NCBI GenBank assembly: GCA_018058545.1
Contig: JAGOZU010000002.1
Location: 6,231 to 70,230, forward strand
Direction: 5' to 3'
DNA: 64,000 bases
From: Promineifilum sp.
GTDB taxonomy: Bacteria > Chloroflexota > Anaerolineae > Promineifilales > Promineifilaceae
Every line of letters starts with the position of its first letter. Positions within the stretch are counted from its first letter, which is position 1. The position numbers and the translations under genes were made by a program. The notes beneath the pieces are model-generated. The model was not told the DNA's origin. It ran no database searches and saw only the letters and a program-made list of their open reading frames with translations. Shown piece by piece: positions 37,036-46,223 of this stretch.

Positions 37036-37072
37036 AAGACCTCTGGGGTTTTCGGCAAACCTCAGAGGTCTT
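37036..37072. repeat. 16-bp-stem palindrome (REP-like), probable bidirectional terminator between convergent icd and mazF
   Basis: aagacctctggggttt-tcggc-aaacctcagaggtctt pairs fully with one G-U; A-tract before, T-rich after. Confidence 0.85.
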
Positions 37073-37088
37073 AATTTTTGTGGCTGAA

Positions 37089-37433
37089 TTAATTGGGCAT
37101 GTTGCGCCGCAGAGATTCGATTGTCACAGTCAAAATTGCTTTGAATGTGTCGTTATCCAGTATGGCGACACGGCGGACAATCAGATCGATATTGGCCGTA
37201 AACAGTTTCATGGGACGCGCAAAACTATCGACGTTCAATGAACCTTCTTTCAAGTTAGCATTCGTCAATCGTACAACAGTTAGATCGATGGGCGCTCGAC
37301 TTGTAATTTGACACAAGAGCCAATCATCTTGCCCCGTGGCAGCCAAGACAACGGCCGGCCGGAGTTTTGTGGCCGACAAATCAGAGAACGGAAACGGTAT
37401 CACAACGATGGAAGCTGGACCAAGTGTGACCAT
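37089..37433 (-). CDS. PemK/MazF family toxin
   Basis: VVIPFPFSDLSATKLRPAVV...LCQITS...SFARPMKLFT. Confidence 0.88.
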   Translation of the reverse strand: MVTLGPASIVVIPFPFSDLSATKLRPAVVLAATGQDDWLLCQITSRAPIDLTVVRLTNANLKEGSLNVDSFARPMKLFTANIDLIVRRVAILDNDTFKAILTVTIESLRRNMPN

Positions 37434-37627
37434 GCTTCATCCTCCTCGGGCAGATCCCAGTCCCGTGCCAGGGCCGGTTCGCTCAATAGAGTAAAATAGT
37501 GGGCTTCATCTTCCGGTTCTTCATCCAGAATTGTAATGAGTACCCGGCGTGATTTGGAGAACTTGACCTGATCAAGCAGCCGGAGTTTACCATCCGGATC
37601 AATGATGCCTTCGAAAGTTTGCAACAT
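37400..37627 (-). CDS. Putative antitoxin
   Basis: 75 aa, overlaps the toxin start, acidic tail LLSEPALARDWDLPEEDEAW; SD CAGGAG upstream. Confidence 0.75.
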   Translation of the reverse strand: MLQTFEGIIDPDGKLRLLDQVKFSKSRRVLITILDEEPEDEAHYFTLLSEPALARDWDLPEEDEAWSHLVQLPSL

Positions 37628-37637
37628 AACACACGCT

Positions 37638-37667
37638 CCTGATTTCAGATTATACCTGAAAATCAGG
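37638..37667 (-). promoter_or_regulatory. TA autoregulatory operator overlapping a -10 box
   Basis: Inverted repeat cctgatttcag / ctgaaaatcagg brackets a minus-strand TATAAT (37649-37654) just upstream of the antitoxin. Confidence 0.6.
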
Positions 37668-37718
37668 TTCTTCGAGGGTCTTGAGGTTTCGGCTCAGTCA
37701 AGTTATTTTCGGGTATCG

Positions 37719-39074
37719 TTATTCCATAATTATATGATAACAGTTCGTCCATTGGTTGTTCGAATCCAGACCAACGGCTTCAGAGAGATCTACTACTTTT
37801 TTTCGCATACCGTCATCAAAGCTGACCAAATAGATTCCCTCATAGTCAGTCACCAGCAGATGCGCGCCATCAGGCGTGAAACCGCAGACCTCATCTCCCC
37901 TATTGAGAGGGGCAGTGCTCACAGCTACCCCATCTGAAATTCGCACAAGAGTGACATAATCGTCAGTTACAGTTAGGTTTCCATTGTCAATAGACTCCGC
38001 TAATATAACGGCAACGTGGGTACCTTCAGGATTCCAGTAAATCGCGTCACCACGGAGACTCCAATCCATGGAATTGGCTAGTTCATCATCAGTATGAAAA
38101 TGGGGCAAACGACTGACAAGCCTGGGTGACGTTATTTCACTGTCCTCTGCATCGGTCACAAACAGTAGATCTTTCCAGTTTAAGGCCATCAAGCTTTGAT
38201 CGGGAGAAGCGGAGAAGGAATCAAGATTGGGTGTATACTGCCTGCTGGCTTCTCGTCTCCCCAATGGTCTGTCTTCGCTCGGTGTATATGCACCAAACGC
38301 CTCTAGATTGAGTGGCTTTATGCTGGTTCCATCTATGTTCGCCATCCACTGATCTCTACCATCTCGCCGTGTGTAGTAAACTTTTGAGCCATCCGCAGAA
38401 AAGCCGATGTCTCGCCCATCAAAACCAGCGCTGATCACTACAGGATCTTCCCCATTGATCGGTTGAAATCCAAGTGTTCCACTAGAACTCCTGAGGAGTA
38501 TCAAATTCCCGTCGGGTGAGAAACTCTCGAAGTATAGATCCCCCGTGTTAATGCTTCGCGTGATCTGCCAGTCTTCGGTAACGGCGTGAAGTCCATTAAG
38601 GGTCATCAGAAAGCCTTGATTGTTGTTCACTTGGTAGCTGGCAAACCAGTCATAGTGATCACCCAGAATCTCCTTCAACTGTGTTCGTGATAGAATCTGT
38701 GTCAGTTGGGAACCATCGGAGTGAACGCTCCACACGCCGTCAATATCGCTTTCTGGTTTTCCGCGCCATGGGTTTATGGAAAAGATAACAATTCCGTTCC
38801 CTCCCCCCATCGGCGTCGGCGTAGGCGATGGCGTCTCCGTGGCCGTCGGCATCGGCGTCAGGGTCGGCGTCGCCGTGTCGGTTGGGATGGGAGTTGGTGT
38901 CGGTGTCGCCGTCGGTTCGGCCGTAGCGGTGGCTGTCGGCGCGGCGGCGGTCTGGGCGGTGGTCGTTTGAGTGACGGCGGCAACTTCCGTCGCAGCCGGA
39001 TCGATTTGCGAACTCCCGCAGCCCATCATTATAAAGCTCAATGCGATTAGAAATGCAAACCATATTTGTCTCAC
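37719..39074 (-). CDS. Lipoprotein with Pro/Thr linker and TolB/WD40-like beta-propeller
   Basis: GTG start with GGAGG SD, lipobox MMGC, (PT)n linker, repeated FSPDG/FSADG/SPDQ/WNPEG/FTPDG motifs; AT-rich. Confidence 0.72.
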   Translation of the reverse strand: MRQIWFAFLIALSFIMMGCGSSQIDPAATEVAAVTQTTTAQTAAAPTATATAEPTATPTPTPIPTDTATPTLTPMPTATETPSPTPTPMGGGNGIVIFSINPWRGKPESDIDGVWSVHSDGSQLTQILSRTQLKEILGDHYDWFASYQVNNNQGFLMTLNGLHAVTEDWQITRSINTGDLYFESFSPDGNLILLRSSSGTLGFQPINGEDPVVISAGFDGRDIGFSADGSKVYYTRRDGRDQWMANIDGTSIKPLNLEAFGAYTPSEDRPLGRREASRQYTPNLDSFSASPDQSLMALNWKDLLFVTDAEDSEITSPRLVSRLPHFHTDDELANSMDWSLRGDAIYWNPEGTHVAVILAESIDNGNLTVTDDYVTLVRISDGVAVSTAPLNRGDEVCGFTPDGAHLLVTDYEGIYLVSFDDGMRKKVVDLSEAVGLDSNNQWTNCYHIIME

Positions 39075-39455
39075 GCTGATCACCCTCCGTTTTGACCGGT
39101 TCACCAAAGACTTGTCGAGTTGACGACGTGGATCATATGAAACTGCCCCGACCGGGGTCAAGGCGGCTCTAACTATCAAACTCACAGTGTAGCACATACG
39201 CAAAAAACAAGAGGCGGCAACCTTAAAATATGACTCTATATCCATGAGATATACGGCCGCGCCCGGCAATATTACTTGACCCGACTGGAGCATGCCGACG
39301 ATCTTGGCATGGAAGGACAGATCGACGTTAGCTGCAACGAACTCCATGAGCGATAATCCTCGACAGGCGGTACGGTCGGACGATCAAACTATTTTCTCCT
39401 TGAATTTCTATGAAGCCGCTTCGCTCCGCATCGAGAAAAGCGCTATACTTTGAGA

Positions 39456-39734
39456 ATGGAGTATGAATGGGATACCAACAAGGCAGCCGCGGATTTGCAC
39501 AAGCATGGCGTTTCTTTTGATAAAGCCGCGACGGTTTTGTCGGACCCATTATCGATTACAGTCCCTGACCCGGGTCATTCGAGTGAAGAAGATCGATACA
39601 TTACGGTTGGTCTATCAGCCAATCAACGCTTGCTCATTGTGGCCCACACGGAGCGCGACTTGAGTATTCGGCTCATTAGTGCGCGGGAATTAACCGCGAC
39701 CGATCGAAGTGCATATGTACACGGAAACTTCTGA
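39456..39734 (+). CDS. BrnT family toxin
   Basis: EYEWDTNKA...KHGVSF..AA...DP.HS.EEDRYITVG...IRLISAR. Confidence 0.88.
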   Translation: MEYEWDTNKAAADLHKHGVSFDKAATVLSDPLSITVPDPGHSSEEDRYITVGLSANQRLLIVAHTERDLSIRLISARELTATDRSAYVHGNF

Positions 39735-39912
39735 CATCGATGATGATTTGCTTCCCGAATACGACTTGACCATTTTGCTGGCGGGTGGAGTTCGCGGCAA
39801 ATATGCTGACGCCTATGCTCGAGGTACGAACCTCGTACTCCTGGCCCCTGATGTGGCAAAGGCATTTCCAACAGAGGAATCGGTGAACGAGGCATTGCGG
39901 CTCGTCATGTGA
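39715..39912 (+). CDS. BrnT-partner antitoxin (possibly C-terminally truncated)
   Basis: PEYD...GVRGKYA..Y..GTNLVLLAPDVAKAFP...VNEALR; overlaps the brnT end. Confidence 0.7.
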   Translation: MYTETSDIDDDLLPEYDLTILLAGGVRGKYADAYARGTNLVLLAPDVAKAFPTEESVNEALRLVM

Positions 39913-40092
39913 TTGGCCGAGATGCCTGTTGCTCGGCCGTAACTCGTCGATTTCCCCTTTCCCCCTCCCTGGTCAGCCGAACAATTGGAGGCGGCCCGTG
40001 GCTGAACGCGGCAAGATATTGCGACCTGGTTCTTCATATCCTCCTCATCGCCATCCCTAACTCCGACGGCCGCCACGCGACAATCCCACCCG

Positions 40093-41658
40093 ATGAAACG
40101 TCTCTTCCTTCTCCTGATCATCATGTTGGCCATCCTGCCGGCCTGTCGACGAGCCGCTCCCGCCTTACCGGCCGGACCGAAGACCACCCCTGCGACCCAA
40201 ACGGCCACGGCCGTCCCGGCCCTGCCCACGGCCGACCGGCCGCAGCAGCCGACCGCGCAGGCATCCCCCCTCGACGCATCGCCCGACGACCGCAGCGTCT
40301 ACGCCTCCGGGCTGGTCACCGCCGAGCGGGGCGTGCTGGAGGCGTTGCCGGGCGCGCCGGTCTATCATCTGGAGTTTACCATCGCCGACTCCCTCGACGC
40401 ACTCGAAGGGCGACAGACAGTGAACTACACCAATCGGGAAGATGTGACTCTGGAGGAGGTCTACTTCCATCTGCATCCCAAGACGCTGGGCGGGGCGATG
40501 GCCGTCAGCGATGTCACCGTCGATGGTCAGGTGTTTGAGGCCGCGGTGGAGGATACCGTCTTGCGCGTGCCGCTGCCTGCGCCGCTGCCGCCGGGCGAGA
40601 CGATCGACATCGCCATGCGGTTTCAGACGACCGTGCCCACGGAGATCGGCCGTAACTATGGCGTTCTGGCCTATTTCGACGATATCCTGGCCCTGGCCCA
40701 TTTCTACCCCATGTTGGCCGTCTACGATGACGAGGGCTGGAATCTCACTCCGCCGGACATTCAGGGCGATCTGACCTACAGCGACGCCGCTTTCTATCTG
40801 GTGCGCGTCACGGCTCCGGCGGAGCTTGTCCTGGTCGGCTCCGGCGTGGCCGTGGCCGAGGAGAGCGACGGCGACCGGCAGACCATCACCTACGCTCTCG
40901 GCCCGGCCCGCGACTTCTTCCTGGCCGCGGGCGACTTCGCCGTCACCAGCGGCCGGGTGGGTGAGACGACGATCAACAGCTACGCGCCGGCCGCTCTGGC
41001 CGAGGGCGCGGCCGCGGCCCTCGACGTGGCTTCGGCGGCCCTGTCGGACTTCAGCGAGCGCGTGGCTCCTTATCCTTACACCGAACTCGACATCGTCACC
41101 ACGCCTACGAGCGCCCTGGGTATCGAGTATCCCGGCCTCATCGTGGGTACGTTAAGGATGTACGATCTGGATGGCGCGACGGCGGACGGCCGACCCTATG
41201 TGACCAATCTGGAATCGACCACCGCTCATGAGGTGGCGCATCAATGGTTCTATAACCTCGTGGGTAACGACCAACTCGACGAGCCGTGGCTGGATGAGTC
41301 GCTGGTTTCCTACTCCACCTATCGCTACTTTCTGTCACGCTATGGGGCGAGTGTGGCCGATAGCTACTTCCGGCGGTACTACGATCGTTTTGCCCAGGCG
41401 AGCGAGGAGTTGCCCATCGGCCTGCCGGTGGCCGCCTATCGCGGCGGCGAATATGGCGCGTTTGTCTACGGCCGTGGGCCGGTCTTTCTGCGCACGCTGG
41501 AGGAGTTCATGGGACGCGACGTCTTTGATGCCTTCCTGAGAGATTACAGTCGCCGCTACCGGTGGCAAATCGTCGATACGGAGGCGTTTCGCGCGCTGGC
41601 CGAGGAGCATTGCGGCTGCGATTTGGGTCCGATGTTCGCGGAATGGGTCTATGAGTAA
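40093..41658 (+). CDS. M1 family (gluzincin) aminopeptidase lipoprotein
   Basis: Lipobox LPAC, GIEYPG (GxMEN variant), HEVAHQW...WLDES, VYGRG. Confidence 0.87.
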   Translation: MKRLFLLLIIMLAILPACRRAAPALPAGPKTTPATQTATAVPALPTADRPQQPTAQASPLDASPDDRSVYASGLVTAERGVLEALPGAPVYHLEFTIADSLDALEGRQTVNYTNREDVTLEEVYFHLHPKTLGGAMAVSDVTVDGQVFEAAVEDTVLRVPLPAPLPPGETIDIAMRFQTTVPTEIGRNYGVLAYFDDILALAHFYPMLAVYDDEGWNLTPPDIQGDLTYSDAAFYLVRVTAPAELVLVGSGVAVAEESDGDRQTITYALGPARDFFLAAGDFAVTSGRVGETTINSYAPAALAEGAAAALDVASAALSDFSERVAPYPYTELDIVTTPTSALGIEYPGLIVGTLRMYDLDGATADGRPYVTNLESTTAHEVAHQWFYNLVGNDQLDEPWLDESLVSYSTYRYFLSRYGASVADSYFRRYYDRFAQASEELPIGLPVAAYRGGEYGAFVYGRGPVFLRTLEEFMGRDVFDAFLRDYSRRYRWQIVDTEAFRALAEEHCGCDLGPMFAEWVYE

Positions 41659-41844
41659 TAATACTCAAGATAAATGACGGATTTTGCGGATATACAAAAT
41701 GCCCATTCCGATCTATAAATTGCTCTGTATCTTGTTGTGGATTTTGGCCATAGCAACCAACAACGAAGTCACATCAAGGCCAACATAGCAGCATCAACAC
41801 AGCATCATAGACGCCAACCAGAGCGCACACGAGATATAAGAAGA

Positions 41845-41872
41845 CCGGGCATAACCCGGCCTTTTTATTTTC
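41845..41872. terminator. Bidirectional intrinsic terminator
   Basis: ccggg-cataa-cccgg stem; ctttttattttc follows on +, tcttctt follows on -; lies between convergent genes. Confidence 0.7.
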
Positions 41873-41892
41873 CGATCTGGTCCCGCCCCCCG

Positions 41893-42330
41893 CTACGCCA
41901 CCAGATGATCGAGCAGGGCCATCAGGCCCAGCCGGTAGCTGTGGCGGCCGAAGCCGCTGATCTGCCCCAGGCAGACCGGCGCGATGACAGAGTTGCGCCG
42001 AAACTCCTCGCGGGCGTGGATATTGGACAGATGTACCTCGACCGCCGGCAGCCCGACCGCGGCGATGGCGTCGCGCAGGGCGTAGCTGTAGTGCGTCAGC
42101 GCGCCGGGGTTGATGAGAATGCCGTCGCCCCAGCTCTGTGCGTCCTGTATGGCGTCGATGAGCGCGCCCTCGCTGTTCGATTGCAGGAACCGCATCTCAG
42201 CGCCGGCGGCCCGGGCCTGCTCCAGTAGCATGTCGTCGATCTCCGCCAGCGTCCAGCGGCCGTAGATCTCCGGCTCGCGGCGGCCCAGCAGGTTCAGGTT
42301 GGGGCCATGCAGGACAAGGATGCGCATCAT
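41893..42330 (-). CDS. aroQ: Type II 3-dehydroquinate dehydratase
   Basis: [47 protein letters not shown]. Confidence 0.96.
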   Translation of the reverse strand: MMRILVLHGPNLNLLGRREPEIYGRWTLAEIDDMLLEQARAAGAEMRFLQSNSEGALIDAIQDAQSWGDGILINPGALTHYSYALRDAIAAVGLPAVEVHLSNIHAREEFRRNSVIAPVCLGQISGFGRHSYRLGLMALLDHLVA

Positions 42331-42348
42331 GTATCTCCTTAATTGCGG

Positions 42349-43959
42349 TCAGCGATCGGCCGTGGCTCGCGTGGCCTCTAGCGTCGCCATCACCAATTCA
42401 TCGGGCACGTCGCCGCGCACGAATACCTCGCCGATATTGCGGATGAGGACGAACCGCAGGCGGCCCGACTGCCGCTTCTTGTCCGTGCTCATCGCCGCGT
42501 GGAGCGCCATCGGGTCGAGCGCGCGAGGGATACGCACCGGCAGGCCCAGGCGGGACAAAACCGCCTCCACCTCGCCCGGCACGGCGGGGGACGACTCCCC
42601 CAGCGCGGCCGACAGATGGGCCGCGACGACCAGTCCCATCGCCACCGCCTCCCCGTGCCGGACGACATAGCCCGAAACCTGCTCGATGGCGTGGCCGAAG
42701 GTGTGGCCCAGATTCAGCACGGCCCGTCGCCCGGCCTCGAACGGGTCTTCCTCCACCACGTCGCGCTTGACGCGGATGGCGCGGGTCACCAGCGATTGCA
42801 CGTCGGCGCGCAGCAGCCGGTCGTCGGCAAGCCGGCGCGGGTCGATGGCCCAATCCTCGGCCGTCAATCGCTGCCACAGGACGGGATCGGCGATGAAGCC
42901 GTGTTTGGCCACTTCGGCCATGCCCGCGGTGAACTCAACGGCCGGCAGCGTCGCCAGTGTGGCGATGTCGGCCACTACCAGCCGCGGCTGCTTGAACGCG
43001 CCCACCAGGTTCTTGCCTTGCGGCAGGTCGACGCCGGTCTTGCCGCCGATGCTGGAATCGACCATCGACAGCAGGGTGGTGGGGCAAAGCACGAAGTCGA
43101 CGCCGCGCAGGAAGGTGGCGGCCACAAAACCGGCCACGTCGCCGGCCACTCCGCCGCCCAGGGCGATGATCGTCCCGTCGCGGCCGATCCCGGCTTGCAG
43201 CAGCCCGTCATAGAGCGCGCGAACGGTGTCGAGATGCTTGTGGCCTTCGCCGGCGGGAAAGGTCAGGACGGGCGGCCCGGCGTTGTCCCCTCGCCGGATG
43301 CGTGCCGCGTGCAGCGGCCCGACCTCGCTGTCGGTGATGATCGCCACCGGCCCGTCGACGCCCGCCCGCTCCAGGACGCGCTCCAGCAATCCTTCACCGA
43401 CGACGACGTCGTATTGGCCCTCCGGATGGCGCACCGGAAGCGTGTCGCGTAGCCCGCCCGCCAGCGCGTCGAGGATGGTCTGGGCCACGTCGCCCGCCGC
43501 CAGCCCGCCGGTATCGATGGCGCGGAAGCGGGCGTAAGCGGGAGCGCGTTGTCGCAGCAAGGTCGCGATATTCGCCGCCGCGTCGCCCACGGCAAGCAGC
43601 GGTCGCGGTTCCTCCCCGGCGGCTGCTCGCTGGAGGATATCGGCCGGATCGGCCGACAGACAGAACACGGGGCCGGTCGCGCCTAATACGGTGACGTTAG
43701 CCGGGTCAAGCATCAGCCCCCCGCCGGTGGCGATGACCAGTCCACGCCGCTGCGCCAGTTCGGCCGCCGTTTGCCGCTCCAGTTCCCGGAAGCGCGCCTC
43801 GCCGTCCTCGCGGAAGATGGCGGCGATGGAGCGGCCGTCACGCGCGACGATCAGCGTGTCGGTGTCGACGAAGTTACGACCGAGCCGTTGGGCCAGCTCG
43901 CGCCCGACGGCCGTCTTGCCGGTGGCCATGAAGCCGGTGAGGATGATGTTGTCGCTCAT
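42349..43959 (-). CDS. aroKB: Bifunctional shikimate kinase / 3-dehydroquinate synthase (AroK-AroB fusion)
   Basis: N-terminal GFMATGKT, DTD and IATGGG. C-terminal GGGVAGD, PTTLLSMVDSSIGGKTG, KNLVGAF, LNLGHTFGHA. Confidence 0.93.
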   Translation of the reverse strand: MSDNIILTGFMATGKTAVGRELAQRLGRNFVDTDTLIVARDGRSIAAIFREDGEARFRELERQTAAELAQRRGLVIATGGGLMLDPANVTVLGATGPVFCLSADPADILQRAAAGEEPRPLLAVGDAAANIATLLRQRAPAYARFRAIDTGGLAAGDVAQTILDALAGGLRDTLPVRHPEGQYDVVVGEGLLERVLERAGVDGPVAIITDSEVGPLHAARIRRGDNAGPPVLTFPAGEGHKHLDTVRALYDGLLQAGIGRDGTIIALGGGVAGDVAGFVAATFLRGVDFVLCPTTLLSMVDSSIGGKTGVDLPQGKNLVGAFKQPRLVVADIATLATLPAVEFTAGMAEVAKHGFIADPVLWQRLTAEDWAIDPRRLADDRLLRADVQSLVTRAIRVKRDVVEEDPFEAGRRAVLNLGHTFGHAIEQVSGYVVRHGEAVAMGLVVAAHLSAALGESSPAVPGEVEAVLSRLGLPVRIPRALDPMALHAAMSTDKKRQSGRLRFVLIRNIGEVFVRGDVPDELVMATLEATRATADR

Positions 43960-43968
43960 CCGCGGCCG

Positions 43969-44925
43969 TCACTCCACCGTCAGCCCGGCCACCAGTAAAT
44001 AGAGCGCGGTCAGCAGGTCGGCCTTGCCTGTTTTGGCGTCGACGTCGATGTCCAGCAGGCGGCCGTAGATTTGTTCCAGTTGCGGCAGGGTGTAGTTGCG
44101 GGCTTGCCGCACCAGCTTGTCGGCCACAAACGGCCGCTGCTTCAGCTGCTCGGCGATCCTTGCCGGACGCTCGCCCGTTTCCAGCAGCGACTTGGTCTGG
44201 AGCAGCAGCCGGAACTGGCGAATGAACATCGAGAACAGGTAAAACGGGTCGACACCCTCGTTGATTTTCTTGTGGAACAGTTCGGCGGCGCGAGCGGCCT
44301 GGCGGTTGCCGAGCGCATCGACCAGATCAAAGATACTGCTCTCGGCGGCGTAGGGGGAGAGCAACTCGACGTCGGCCGCCTCGATGGTCCCTTCCTCGCC
44401 CTTGTAGAGCACCAGTTTCTCGATCTCGTTGGTCATCGCCGGCAGATTGCCGCCGACGTTGACGGCCAGCATATTGACCGCCTGAGGGGTGATGCGGCCG
44501 CCGCGCTCGGCCACGTGATCGCGCACCCATCGCTCCAGCTCGTTCCCCTGCGGCAGCTCGAACTTTCGCACATAGCCGATGCGCTCTTTTTCGGCCAGCC
44601 GGATGATGCGATGCGAGTCCGACAGCGCTTGCGACTCCAGGAAGATCAGGCGCGTCGTCCCCGGCAACTGGGGCAGATAGGCCTCCAGTTTGTCCATGAA
44701 CGCCTTGTCGGGGATGCTCGTGAACAGATTTTCCACCAGCACGACGCGGACCCGGGCCAGGAACGGCATGGCATCGCAGGCGCCTTGCAGCTCGGAGAAG
44801 GTGACCCTGGCGTCCAGCCGGGTCGTATTGAGCGACAGCATGTCGGCGTCCCCCTCCTTGGCCAGCAGTCCGGCCAACGTCTCCCGCTGCGAGTATCCGT
44901 CCGGGCCGTGGAAGAGGTGGAACAT
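43969..44925 (-). CDS. holA: DNA polymerase III subunit delta
   Basis: FHLFHGPD, AMPFLA..RVV, NEIEKL.LY, IFDLVDA, DVDAKTG. Confidence 0.9.
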   Translation of the reverse strand: MFHLFHGPDGYSQRETLAGLLAKEGDADMLSLNTTRLDARVTFSELQGACDAMPFLARVRVVLVENLFTSIPDKAFMDKLEAYLPQLPGTTRLIFLESQALSDSHRIIRLAEKERIGYVRKFELPQGNELERWVRDHVAERGGRITPQAVNMLAVNVGGNLPAMTNEIEKLVLYKGEEGTIEAADVELLSPYAAESSIFDLVDALGNRQAARAAELFHKKINEGVDPFYLFSMFIRQFRLLLQTKSLLETGERPARIAEQLKQRPFVADKLVRQARNYTLPQLEQIYGRLLDIDVDAKTGKADLLTALYLLVAGLTVE

Positions 44926-44946
44926 GGCGATGGGGAATGGCCCGGT

Positions 44947-45528
44947 TCAGCCGTCGCCGCCGGCGGTCTGGACGAAGTACGATTTGGCCTGTAGCTCAGA
45001 GTTGCCGCCGGTCAGCAGCAGATGAAAAAGGCGGGTGATGGGCGAGGGCGGGATCCGGCGCACAGAGACGACCTCCAGATCGCGCAGATCGCCGTCGACG
45101 GTGTAGCGTTCCTGCAGTTGGACGCCCAACGGCCGTCCCACGATGAGAGCGACGACGACGGCCACGATCGCGCCGGGCATGGCATTGAGGAAAGACGCCG
45201 GTCCCACTCGTCCCGCTTTGGGTTCGCGCCAATTCTCGACGGCCAGGACGGTCTGCGCCGCCAGTGTGGCCAGCGCGGCCGTCGTCACCAGCACTGTGCC
45301 GCAGTTGGGGTGCACGGCCAGATGATGCTCGCCCGCGTTCAGGCGACGATGGGCTTCGGCGACGGCCGCGGCCACTTCCGCCTCGGTCACATCGCCGTAG
45401 ACGTTCAGATGGAAGCCGCGATGATCGGAGTTGCCCTGGGCGCTGAAGCGCTTTTGGCCCTCCGACAGGACGTGGATGGTGGCGTGTTCCAGGCCGTGGT
45501 TACGGCGGATACGAGAAAGGACCGACAT
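44947..45528 (-). CDS. DUF6391-like membrane-associated protein
   Basis: RRNHGLEHATIHVL...LAVHPNCGT pattern with hydrophobic segments; family recalled from memory. Confidence 0.65.
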   Translation of the reverse strand: MSVLSRIRRNHGLEHATIHVLSEGQKRFSAQGNSDHRGFHLNVYGDVTEAEVAAAVAEAHRRLNAGEHHLAVHPNCGTVLVTTAALATLAAQTVLAVENWREPKAGRVGPASFLNAMPGAIVAVVVALIVGRPLGVQLQERYTVDGDLRDLEVVSVRRIPPSPITRLFHLLLTGGNSELQAKSYFVQTAGGDG

Positions 45529-45536
45529 AATGGTTG

Positions 45537-45959
45537 TTACTTGACCAGCCTGGCGTTCAGGGTGATCTCCGAGACGGCCGCCAGGGCCTTCGACACCGGG
45601 CAGTTCATCTTGGCCCGGTTAGCATACTCCTGGAACGCGGCATCGTCCAGCCCGGGGATGTTCGCCTCAACCTCAAGGTCGATCTTGGTGATGGTGGGGC
45701 CGTCGCCCAGATGGACAGACGATTTGGCGTCGATGCGCGTCGGCGTGATGTTATCCTTGGTCAGAATGGCCGACAGGAACATGGCATAGCAGCCGGCATG
45801 GGCCGCGCCGACCAGTTCTTCGGGGTTCGTGCCCCGGCCGTCGGCGAAACGGCCGGCCCAGGTGTAGGGACCGGAATAGACGCCGCTCTCCAGGCTCAGG
45901 TAGCCGCCACCTTCTTTTAACGAGCCTTCCCAACGGGCTTCTGCATAACGAATAGCCAT
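45537..45959 (-). CDS. osmC: OsmC family peroxiredoxin
   Basis: AEARWEGSLKEGGG, TNPEELVGAAHAGC, CPVSKAL; start placed at ATG 45959. Confidence 0.92.
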   Translation of the reverse strand: MAIRYAEARWEGSLKEGGGYLSLESGVYSGPYTWAGRFADGRGTNPEELVGAAHAGCYAMFLSAILTKDNITPTRIDAKSSVHLGDGPTITKIDLEVEANIPGLDDAAFQEYANRAKMNCPVSKALAAVSEITLNARLVK

Positions 45960-46103
45960 AACGAGCATTCTCCTTAATTGTGTAAAACGATTATCGGCAA
46001 TGGAGAGTTGATTCTGCCATCGCCGCCTCAAATCTTAAATAAGTTTCGGCCGGGAATCAAGCCGGTAGCAGATTATAAGCCCGTCCCGACCAAGGGCAAG
46101 GAT

Positions 46104-46121
46104 TTGTGAATAATTGCACAA
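46104..46121. promoter_or_regulatory. Rex operator (ROP) upstream of ndh
   Basis: TTGTGAA-TAAT-TGCACAA, one mismatch from the consensus TTGTGAA-N4-TTCACAA. Confidence 0.75.
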
Positions 46122-46223
46122 TCGGGGTAAGATTCGCCCAGGGCGAAACATCAAGCGGATAGAGGTAATGATGAGATCATCGCGACCCGGCCCATTCGGC
46201 GGGGTCGCCGAGGCAGAAGAGAG

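Noticed and set aside
37719-39347. 542-aa version of the lipoprotein ORF
   Set aside because: The first 91 codons precede an SD-supported GTG and a signal peptide with lipobox, so they are probably non-coding.
42349-43959. AroK-AroB fusion as a novelty
   Set aside because: This fusion is already known in several bacterial groups.
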